Assembly (NCBI GenBank): GCA_045578225.1
Contig: JAZNJV010000030.1
Coordinates: 1 to 35,843 of the forward strand
Reading direction: 5' to 3'
Length of the DNA stretch: 35,843 nt
DNA from: Clostridia bacterium
GTDB lineage: Bacteria; Bacillota; Clostridia; UMGS1883; UMGS1540
In this document: piece after piece, positions 8,374 to 15,620 of the stretch
Numbering within the stretch: the first letter of the stretch is position 1
How the letters are laid out: every line of letters starts with the position of its first letter
The notes under the pieces: model-generated
The model's input: the letters and a program-made list of their open reading frames with translations, nothing else
Told to the model about the DNA's origin: nothing
Databases searched by the model: none
Position numbers and translations under genes: made by a program

Positions 8374-9275
8374 GCATGAGGCACAATGCGGTGCGCCACC
8401 CATATATCTTTTTTCTCGCCTTCCGTAAGCACTCGAAGGGCACCACGGGCAATTTCGGCCGTTTCATATCCCACAGAATCCACGGAAATCTTATAGTTTG
8501 CAAGGGCACGAATATTGTCAAACCCCGTAATATGCGCGCCGCGCGTTTTAAAGTAGACTCGGAGGGCGTAATAGTCGGTAGAGCAAATGATATGCGTGCC
8601 CTCGGGGTATTCCGCAGAAAGCGCATCGGCCGAAGTGATCACCTCGTATGGCATCCCATCTGCCGCCGCAAGAAAGCCTTCGTAGCGCTTCTTTTGCGCT
8701 GCGGCATCCGAATACAAAAGTGCGGGTGAAAAATAGAGGAGCTTTTTGGGGTTTTTCGAAAGCACGTGCTCCGTCATATCCCGCATGGCGGCAAAATCAT
8801 CTATCCCTACATACGGGCGCCCCGAAATGGGATTGCCAACCGCGACAATCGGAATATCCAAAAGCTCCAGATATTTCGAAAAGGCCGCATCTGTCTGCAC
8901 CGCGCAAAGCACGATGCCCAAAACGCCCATATTGTAAAGATTTCGAATACATTCTATTTCTCTTTCCTTATCGTAGTGGCTGAGCATAATGGTGGCGCCG
9001 AGGCCCTTTGCCCAGAGCGCAGACTCAAGCTCCGAAATTAGCTCTGTAAAGTATTCATTCTCGAGATTGAAAACCACAATACCGATTTGTCCGATGATTT
9101 TTTCCGGGGCGGCGGAAAGCTTTTGGCGCCAACCGTACTGCCGTGCCACCGCTAAAATTTTCTCTTTCGTTTCGGCTTTGATATCGGGACGGTCGTTTAG
9201 CGCACGGTCCACCGTACCTTGTGAAACGCCGCAGATATGCGCAATTTCCGCCGTGGTGATTTTCAGCGTTTTCAT
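8358..9275 (-). CDS. LacI-family transcriptional regulator
   Basis: N-terminal HTH (TTAEIAHICGVSQGTVDRALN) plus a periplasmic-binding-protein-like sugar-binding fold. There is an ATGA overlap with the GH116 stop, indicating translational coupling. Confidence 0.9.
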   Translation of the reverse strand: MKTLKITTAEIAHICGVSQGTVDRALNDRPDIKAETKEKILAVARQYGWRQKLSAAPEKIIGQIGIVVFNLENEYFTELISELESALWAKGLGATIMLSHYDKEREIECIRNLYNMGVLGIVLCAVQTDAAFSKYLELLDIPIVAVGNPISGRPYVGIDDFAAMRDMTEHVLSKNPKKLLYFSPALLYSDAAAQKKRYEGFLAAADGMPYEVITSADALSAEYPEGTHIICSTDYYALRVYFKTRGAHITGFDNIRALANYKISVDSVGYETAEIARGALRVLTEGEKKDIWVAHRIVPHAKNGE

Positions 9276-11788
9276 AGTGTAATCTCCAAGCTTTCCGAAA
9301 TATCGGTTTTGGCAAAACGGATGGTGCCGTCTATATACGTATATGCCGTTTCCGCTCCGTCAATTTTGAAGGCGGAAACCGTTTTCAAAAACGGGAGGCC
9401 GAGCGAGGAAAGCGAAAGGCTTCCTTCTAAAATCTCTACCTTGGCGGTCTTTCCCGAAAGCGTGAAGGTTCCCCATGCGCTATCGAGGCTCCAGATGGCG
9501 GAAAAATTGTCCGTCTTATAAGGGGAGAAGCCTATGTGCCCTTTCGGCATATCGAAGGAGAAGCCGCTTAAAATCGGAATGAGCGCATAGCTTGCCATCG
9601 AGCGGGCATAGTTACTGCCGCACTCAAATTCGTTCCACGGATTTCTCTTCTCGCCGTCAAACCGCTCGCGCACGGCACGCGCCACGCGTGCCCCGTCTTC
9701 TACTTTGCCGCGCGCACAGAGTAGGCCAGAAAACGCATATTCAAACCCCGTCATCGTTTCCTCGCAGTAGGGAATCGGGATTTTCGGTTTTTCGGCATCC
9801 TGCGGATAGTCGCAAATTACGGTGCCTGCTTCGTCATTCAAAGAGAAAATGCGCCACGGATTTGCAAAGCCGCGCATGGAAGGTTTGAAATTATGTTCCA
9901 TCATGTGCGAAAGCGCCATGGAAAGCTGCTCGCCGTCAAAAATATCGCCAAGGCCTAAAATGTCGGCATGCCACTGGGCGAGCACCTGGTCAATCGACGA
10001 GCCTTCGCCGATTTGGTACTTAATCTGCCCCACTTCCTCGTTCCAGTATGCAGCGGAAGCCTCGAATTTATCGGTCATATTTTTATCGGAAAGGTCAACC
10101 TTCTGGATAAAATAACGGCCGTTAAAAAGATTTTCACGCGTCCATTTCTTGCCCTTTTCATACAAATCGCGGTATTCGGCGGCCTTTTCTTCCTCCCCGA
10201 GTGCTTCCGCCATTTCCGAGGCAGTCAAAAGCGCCAAAAGATACATACCTTCAAGCCACGAGGAGGGGCCAAAGAGCTCCATATCGAGCGTGTGGTGCTG
10301 GCGGCCTTCGAGCACACCGTCACGGTTTCTGTCCCACTCGTCAGGGTTTTTCTCGCTCCACGCGTATTCCAAAACCTTTTTTATGTTTTCCCAATTTTCG
10401 CGAAGCCATGCAGTGTCACCCGAAATTTTCCACTCGCGGTAGCATTTGATGACGGCACCCATCTGCCCGTCAAGGCAGGCGCGAAATTCGGTCATCGGTA
10501 CGCCGAGGGGAAGCTGGATGCGAAAACCCATGCGGCCGTTTTCATCGGTACTGTACTGAAACTCCATTTCACGAATCGACCGTTCAAGCTCGGGGAACAA
10601 AAAGCAGAGTGCATACGCATAGTTCCAGACGTGCTGGCACGTGCCCTCGCACGACCCCTCTCGCTCATGCACGCCCTCCCAGCCGTAAAACGACCCGTCG
10701 GAAAGTCGCAAAACGGTGGGCGATTTCAAGACGGAAAGGTTTGCCGCCGCCGCCTCTAAAAGGCCTTCGGGCAATGTGGTGGTATAGAGTGCCTTTTTGA
10801 ATTTTTCCGTGCGGGAATACAGCATGTCCCAGTTTTCAAGGGCATACTGTGCCGTTTCCTTGGAGTTTTCAAAAACGGTGGCGTAATAATTTTTCCACGG
10901 TGTTTGTCTATGTTCTTCTTTTGTCCAGTAGGCGAAATTGTTCGGCACGTTCCACGAAAATACAAAGCGAACCTTCTTCTTCTCGCCCGCAGGGACGCAT
11001 ACTGACGCTACAAGCGTGCCCGTGTCGCAATCGCCCGTGGTGTCATACTGACGGTCGCGAAGGCACACTTCGCCCGAAAAATCATTCCAGAAAGAAACAA
11101 TACTGTCGCGCCACTTGCCGCGGTACCAGTACGTTTGTACCTGTGTTTCCTCACTGTCGGTGGCAATCGTCATATCGCCGTATTCTGTGCTTTCGGTGTC
11201 TACTCCGCCATTATACAAAAAGAGCGTTTTTATTTTTCCGCTTCTATCCGACACGTGCCGTGCCGCCTTATACGGGTTATTCACGGAAAGCGCAATCTCA
11301 TAACGAATTTCCTCTTTTTCCGTATTCTCCACCTCAAATTCAAAAAAGGCGGCAGGGAGCGAGGAATTTTTCGCATCGCGCGGGATGAAGGGGTTAAAGG
11401 CTGTCATCCGAACGGCCGCGGGGAACGCTTCGTCCGCAAAATGCAGAGTGGCCATGGGGAACTCCCCGTCAAAAACCACGTCGCGAAAATGCGGGAAGCC
11501 GCACATGGTATCGCCGTCGGGTCCAAAGCCGAAGCCTGCGAAAGTGCGCTTTTCATACTGTCCCATGTATTCCCGCGTCATATCCCCATTCAAAACGGCG
11601 GCGGTGATGCGCTCGCCGCGAATGGCGCGAATGGCAAAATGAGAATACCGATTGATGCTTCCCTTTGCAGGGCGATTGAAAATTTCCCAATCGATAAGCC
11701 GCCCGTCACCTGCGAGGCCGATACTCCCCGTACCGATGCCGCCGAGCGGGAAAGAAATTGCGTTTTGTTTTGCACCTTCGTACCGCAT
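9272..11788 (-). CDS. GH116-family glycoside hydrolase (GBA2-type beta-glucosidase / glucosylceramidase homolog)
   Basis: 838 aa. The N-terminal FPLGGIGTGSIGLAGDGRLIDWEIFNRP motif is characteristic of the GH116 N-domain, and the large (alpha/alpha)6-type C-terminal part fits. There is no signal peptide. An AGGAGTG SD precedes ATG 11788. Confidence 0.85.
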   Translation of the reverse strand: MRYEGAKQNAISFPLGGIGTGSIGLAGDGRLIDWEIFNRPAKGSINRYSHFAIRAIRGERITAAVLNGDMTREYMGQYEKRTFAGFGFGPDGDTMCGFPHFRDVVFDGEFPMATLHFADEAFPAAVRMTAFNPFIPRDAKNSSLPAAFFEFEVENTEKEEIRYEIALSVNNPYKAARHVSDRSGKIKTLFLYNGGVDTESTEYGDMTIATDSEETQVQTYWYRGKWRDSIVSFWNDFSGEVCLRDRQYDTTGDCDTGTLVASVCVPAGEKKKVRFVFSWNVPNNFAYWTKEEHRQTPWKNYYATVFENSKETAQYALENWDMLYSRTEKFKKALYTTTLPEGLLEAAAANLSVLKSPTVLRLSDGSFYGWEGVHEREGSCEGTCQHVWNYAYALCFLFPELERSIREMEFQYSTDENGRMGFRIQLPLGVPMTEFRACLDGQMGAVIKCYREWKISGDTAWLRENWENIKKVLEYAWSEKNPDEWDRNRDGVLEGRQHHTLDMELFGPSSWLEGMYLLALLTASEMAEALGEEEKAAEYRDLYEKGKKWTRENLFNGRYFIQKVDLSDKNMTDKFEASAAYWNEEVGQIKYQIGEGSSIDQVLAQWHADILGLGDIFDGEQLSMALSHMMEHNFKPSMRGFANPWRIFSLNDEAGTVICDYPQDAEKPKIPIPYCEETMTGFEYAFSGLLCARGKVEDGARVARAVRERFDGEKRNPWNEFECGSNYARSMASYALIPILSGFSFDMPKGHIGFSPYKTDNFSAIWSLDSAWGTFTLSGKTAKVEILEGSLSLSSLGLPFLKTVSAFKIDGAETAYTYIDGTIRFAKTDISESLEITL

Positions 11789-11822
11789 ATAAAAACACTC
11801 CTAAAAAGCTTTATTTACTTTA

Positions 11823-11850
11823 ATTATACCATTTTGGGTCGGCGTGTCAA
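11823..11850 (-). promoter_or_regulatory. Candidate promoter of the GH116-lacI operon
   Basis: Minus-strand reading: -35 TTGACA (11845..11850), 16-nt spacer, TG-extended -10 TGGTATAAT (hexamer 11823..11828). Confidence 0.6.
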
Positions 11851-11902
11851 GCTACACGGGAAAATTTAAAAAGCGAAACTTTTTCGACTTCCCGCGCATC
11901 TC

Positions 11903-11931
11903 TTGACTTCCTCTTTTCTTCATGCTATAAA
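11903..11931 (+). promoter_or_regulatory. Candidate promoter of the nagA-like / ceramidase-like operon
   Basis: -35 TTGACT (11903..11908), 17-nt spacer, -10 TATAAA (11926..11931). It lies 33 nt upstream of the ATG and is divergent from the GH116 promoter. Confidence 0.55.
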
Positions 11932-11963
11932 TAGAGTAGTATCCTTTATAAAGGAGTGAAACT

Positions 11964-13115
11964 ATGGCAAAAATCAAAGCAATACAAAACGCACAGCTCG
12001 TACTGCCTACCGGCATTTTGTGGGACGGTGTGCTTCTCGTAGAAGGCGAACGGATTGCAGCCTTCGGCTCGGCGCGCGACATGGAAATCCCCGTAGGTGC
12101 CGAAAGGATAGACGCCCGCGGCGCCTATGTAGGCCCCGGCTTTGTGGATATTCATGTACACGGCGGCGGCGGTTTTGAAACATACGAAAAGCCGCGCGAG
12201 GCGGCCGAGTTTTTCCTCCGGCACGGCGCTACCTCCATTCTCGCCTCGCCTCTTTACAGCTTGCCCCTTTCTGCATTTATGGAGGGCATTCGCGTCATTC
12301 GCGAGGCGATGCCAAACGTAAAATCCATTCGCGGCATGTATATGGAAGGGCCGTACACGAACCCGAAATACGGCGCAAATTATGATACAAACCCCTGGCG
12401 GCATGGGATACTCCCCGAAGAGTATATGGCGCTTTGCGATGCGGCAGGGCGGGATGCCCTTGTTTGGACCATTGCACCCGAACGCGAAGGTCTTTTGCCG
12501 TTTCTCGAATATGCGCGCCGCGTAAATCCCGATGTGCGCTTTGCCCTCGGGCACAGCGAAGCCTCGCCCGACGAGGTGCGTGCGCTTGGCGAATATACCC
12601 CCACCATTTTAACACACGCCATGGATGCGACGGGGCGGAAGCCTTTATACGGCGGCACGCGCGGCGTAGGGCCCGATGAATACTGCATGACGGCGCCTTC
12701 TATGTACGCCGAGCTTATAAGCGACTCGTGCGCCATTCATGTGCATCCTGATCTTCAAAGGCTTCTCCTTCATACAAAAGGCGTGGGCCGCATGATTCTT
12801 ATCACGGACAGCACGAACTACCCCTTTGCGCCGCCCGAAAATCTTGCCCACGTTACGGATTTGAATTTTGACCATCTGGGCGGTATTGCAGGCAGCAAGC
12901 TTACGATGGATATGGCTTGCCGCAATGTGATGGCGGCCACCACTTGCGGTATTGCCGAAGCTTTCCTTATGGCCTCCACAAACCCTGCCGAGGCTGTAGG
13001 GCTCGGCAAAGAGCTCGGCAGCATTTCTGTGGGCAAAAAAGCCGCACTCGTATTTACGGACGATAAATTCAATGTACAATCTGTCATGCTTGACGGCGAG
13101 CTGTGCAAATTTTAA
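11964..13115 (+). CDS. nagA: N-acetylglucosamine-6-phosphate deacetylase family amidohydrolase (NagA-like, somewhat divergent)
   Basis: 383 aa with AAAGGAG SD. The metal-binding GFVDIHVHGGGGF motif and ITDS are typical of NagA. The usual HLFNAM region reads ILTHAMDA, so the substrate may differ. Confidence 0.75.
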   Translation: MAKIKAIQNAQLVLPTGILWDGVLLVEGERIAAFGSARDMEIPVGAERIDARGAYVGPGFVDIHVHGGGGFETYEKPREAAEFFLRHGATSILASPLYSLPLSAFMEGIRVIREAMPNVKSIRGMYMEGPYTNPKYGANYDTNPWRHGILPEEYMALCDAAGRDALVWTIAPEREGLLPFLEYARRVNPDVRFALGHSEASPDEVRALGEYTPTILTHAMDATGRKPLYGGTRGVGPDEYCMTAPSMYAELISDSCAIHVHPDLQRLLLHTKGVGRMILITDSTNYPFAPPENLAHVTDLNFDHLGGIAGSKLTMDMACRNVMAATTCGIAEAFLMASTNPAEAVGLGKELGSISVGKKAALVFTDDKFNVQSVMLDGELCKF

Positions 13116-13129
13116 AGGAGCGAACGAAT

Positions 13130-14485
13130 ATGACAAATTTTAAAGTAGGCTATGCATCCGTAAACGTCAATCCCCCGCTCGGCATTGCCATGCACGGCTA
13201 TTATGTGCCGCGCTTTGCGAAGGGGTTTTTAGATGACCTTGCGGCATCCGCACTTGCCATTTCAAAAAACGGCACAGATATTCTTCTCATGAGCGTTGAC
13301 CAATGCCTTATACAAACCGAGCTTTGCGACCGTTACCTTGCCGCGATTTCCAAAGCCACGGGTACCCCAAAAGAAAACATTTTCCTTTCCTGCACGCATA
13401 CGCATACAGGGCCAAACATCACGCCCGATGCGATGTTTGAAGCGGACGAGGCCCCGATTCGTTGGCATGCGGACTTTTTAAAGCAGAGACTCTGTGACGT
13501 GGCAACGCTTGCACTCGCCGACAGAAAGAACGCCAAGATGGCGTTTATCGAAGGGGAAGCGCCATCTCGCATTGCCTACATTCGGCGCTACCGCATGAAG
13601 GACGGCTCGGTGATGACCTGCCCGCCTGTAGGGGACGAAAATATCGACCACCCCATTGGTACGCTTGACCAGCGCGTAAACATCCTTCGCTTTGACAGAG
13701 AAGGTGCGGAAAGCATTGTCCTTTTAAACTACGGCATTCACGCCGACACGATTGGCGGCGAGCTGATCTCCTCCGACTTTGTGGGGCATCTTCGCCGCAC
13801 GGTGGAAAAGGCGCTCGACGGCACAAAATGCATGTTCTTCCCCGGTGCGCAAGGGGACGTGGGCAGCACGCATGTGTTCCCCGAAGGGGGCGACATGAAT
13901 GACACGGAAATCAGCTTTGACAACGAAATGAAGAGCCCCGGCATGGCGCGATTTGTAGGGCGCGCGCTCGCGGGCGTGGTGCTCGAGGTGTATGACAAGG
14001 CAGAATACGTGGATGTGGACGAAATCAAAATGCTCCACGAGGATGTGGCAGTACCCGCTAATCTCCCAAAGCCCGAAGAGCTGCCGCTGGCGCGCAAATA
14101 TAAAGAACTGCATGACAGAGGCCGCGACGATGAAATTCCGTATTCCGCCATGGAGCTTACCACGGTGGTAGCGGAAGCTGTTCGTATGTGCGAGCTTGCA
14201 AACGGTCCCGACGAATTCCATCTTCCAATGTGCGGCGTAAAAATAGGCCCTGTGGCGCTTATCGGCATTCCGGGCGAGCCGTTTACGGATATCGGCGTCG
14301 GCATCAAGGATACCGCCGGCCATCGCATGATTTTGCCGTGTGCCCTTGTAAACGGCTCGGGCGGCTACTTCCCGATGGAATCGGCCTTTTTAGAGGGCGG
14401 CTACGAGGCGCGCTCCTCGCGGTATACTGCGGGCGTTGCCGAACGCCTAATCGAAGGCGGCAAGAAGCTTTTAGCAAAATTATAA
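13130..14485 (+). CDS. Neutral/alkaline ceramidase N-terminal-domain-like hydrolase
   Basis: The start is moved to ATG 13130 (MTNFKVGYASV) behind AAAGGAG. VGYASVNVNPPLGIAMHGY and SCTHTHTGPN match the nCDase N-domain pattern (..DITP..G..M.GY.. and GTHTHSGP). There is no signal peptide. At 451 aa it is shorter than classical ceramidases. Confidence 0.65.
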   Translation: MTNFKVGYASVNVNPPLGIAMHGYYVPRFAKGFLDDLAASALAISKNGTDILLMSVDQCLIQTELCDRYLAAISKATGTPKENIFLSCTHTHTGPNITPDAMFEADEAPIRWHADFLKQRLCDVATLALADRKNAKMAFIEGEAPSRIAYIRRYRMKDGSVMTCPPVGDENIDHPIGTLDQRVNILRFDREGAESIVLLNYGIHADTIGGELISSDFVGHLRRTVEKALDGTKCMFFPGAQGDVGSTHVFPEGGDMNDTEISFDNEMKSPGMARFVGRALAGVVLEVYDKAEYVDVDEIKMLHEDVAVPANLPKPEELPLARKYKELHDRGRDDEIPYSAMELTTVVAEAVRMCELANGPDEFHLPMCGVKIGPVALIGIPGEPFTDIGVGIKDTAGHRMILPCALVNGSGGYFPMESAFLEGGYEARSSRYTAGVAERLIEGGKKLLAKL

Positions 14486-14490
14486 AGACA

Positions 14491-14516
14491 AAAACACCTC
14501 TCGCGAGGTGTTTTTT
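14491..14516 (+). terminator. Rho-independent terminator after the ceramidase-like gene
   Basis: AAAACACCTC tcgc GAGGTGTTTT followed by TT/ATGC. The stem is about 8-10 bp and starts 6 nt after the stop codon. Confidence 0.85.
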
Positions 14517-14532
14517 ATGCTTTATTTTCTTA

Positions 14533-14561
14533 TTGAAATGGCGCCCCCTTTATGGTATACT
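14533..14561 (+). promoter_or_regulatory. Candidate promoter of the add operon
   Basis: -35 TTGAAA (14533..14538), 17-nt spacer, TG-extended -10 TGGTATACT (hexamer 14556..14561). Confidence 0.6.
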
Positions 14562-14583
14562 ACTCGTATGAGGGGGTGCCGAT

Positions 14584-15600
14584 ATGTACGACAGTATGGC
14601 AAAAGCTGCATATCTGAAAGAAAAACGTTGCCTTTTGGATTTGCACATCCATCTTGACGGGTCACTTTCGCCAAAAACGGCAAAAAAGCTCGCTGCGATG
14701 CAAGGCATCGAAATTCCTCCGTCCGAGGCGGCTCTTTCCAGGTTGCTTTCGGTCTCGCCCTCTTGCCGCGATTTAAACACATATCTTGAAAAGTTCGCCT
14801 TTCCGGCGCGGCTTTTGCAGACGGAAAAGGCGATAACCACGGCCGTTTCCATGCTTCTTTCAGAGCTTTGGGAAGAAGGCGTTTGCTATGCGGAAATCCG
14901 CTTTGCGCCCGGAAAGCATACAGAAAAAGGCCTCTCGCAAAGAGAGGTCATCCGCGCCGCCATACGTGGCCTTTCGGGGCAAAAATGCGGCGGCGGGCTC
15001 ATTTTATGCTGTATGCGCGGGGAAGACACCAAAGAGGCAAACCTTGAAACGGTGCGCGCCGCGGCCGAGTTTTTGGGGGCGGGCGTCGTAGCCTGCGACC
15101 TTGCAGGCGCGGAAGGGTTGTATCCCACAGAAAATTTTGCTGCGGAATTTGCGCTGGCAAAGGCGCTTTCCGTGCCCTTTACCCTGCACGCGGGCGAGGC
15201 CGATGGGCCCGAGAGCGTTCGCACAGCGCTTTCGTTTGGCGCCGCGAGAATCGGCCACGGCGTGCGAAGTGCGGAGGACCCTTCGCTTTTAGAGCTTCTT
15301 AAAGAAAGCGGCACCGTACTCGAAATTTGCCCGACGAGTAATCTCCAAACGAGGGTGTTCCCCTCACTTTCAGATTTTCCCATACGCACGTTTTTGGACG
15401 CGGGCGTAAAATTTACAATTAACACCGATAACACAGCCGTTTCCGCCACTTCTCTCTGTGCGGAATGGGCACACGTGCTTTCTGCATTTCCGCTTTCAGA
15501 CGCGGAAATTTGCCATATTCTTCTTTCTGCGGCCGATGCCGCTTTTTGTACACGGGAGAAAAAAGAACAGCTTCGCGCACACATCCGTGCGGCGTTTTAG
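14584..15600 (+). CDS. add: Adenosine deaminase
   Basis: 338 aa with DLHIHLDGS, FTLHAGEADGP and INTDNTAVS motifs of the adenosine/AMP deaminase family, at housekeeping size. A GAGGGGG SD is present. Confidence 0.9.
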   Translation: MYDSMAKAAYLKEKRCLLDLHIHLDGSLSPKTAKKLAAMQGIEIPPSEAALSRLLSVSPSCRDLNTYLEKFAFPARLLQTEKAITTAVSMLLSELWEEGVCYAEIRFAPGKHTEKGLSQREVIRAAIRGLSGQKCGGGLILCCMRGEDTKEANLETVRAAAEFLGAGVVACDLAGAEGLYPTENFAAEFALAKALSVPFTLHAGEADGPESVRTALSFGAARIGHGVRSAEDPSLLELLKESGTVLEICPTSNLQTRVFPSLSDFPIRTFLDAGVKFTINTDNTAVSATSLCAEWAHVLSAFPLSDAEICHILLSAADAAFCTREKKEQLRAHIRAAF

Positions 15601-15620
15601 AACGGAAAGGAACTACCATC

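Noticed and set aside
11874-11886. A small inverted repeat CGAAA-ctt-TTTCG, plus a GTGT..ACAC partial palindrome (11844..11857) in the GH116/nagA divergent region, considered as LacI operators.
   Set aside because: The arms are only 4-5 bp and do not resemble the usual 14-20-bp LacI-family palindromes with a central CG. Operator assignment needs comparative data.
14584-15600. The adenosine deaminase, considered as a phage-defence deaminase (RADAR RdrB-like or similar).
   Set aside because: It is 338 aa with canonical housekeeping Add motifs. There is no partner ATPase or other defence-type gene. Defence-associated deaminases are much larger multidomain proteins.
15465-15620. N-terminal extensions of track ORFs: 15465, 851, 6512, 7255, 13103, 19811, 24017, 27124, 31829, 31929 and 33820.
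   Set aside because: In each case a downstream ATG has a proper SD at 5-10 nt. The extension overlaps the upstream gene, promoter or terminator, or it merely reads through the SD itself using a TTG or GTG pseudo-start.
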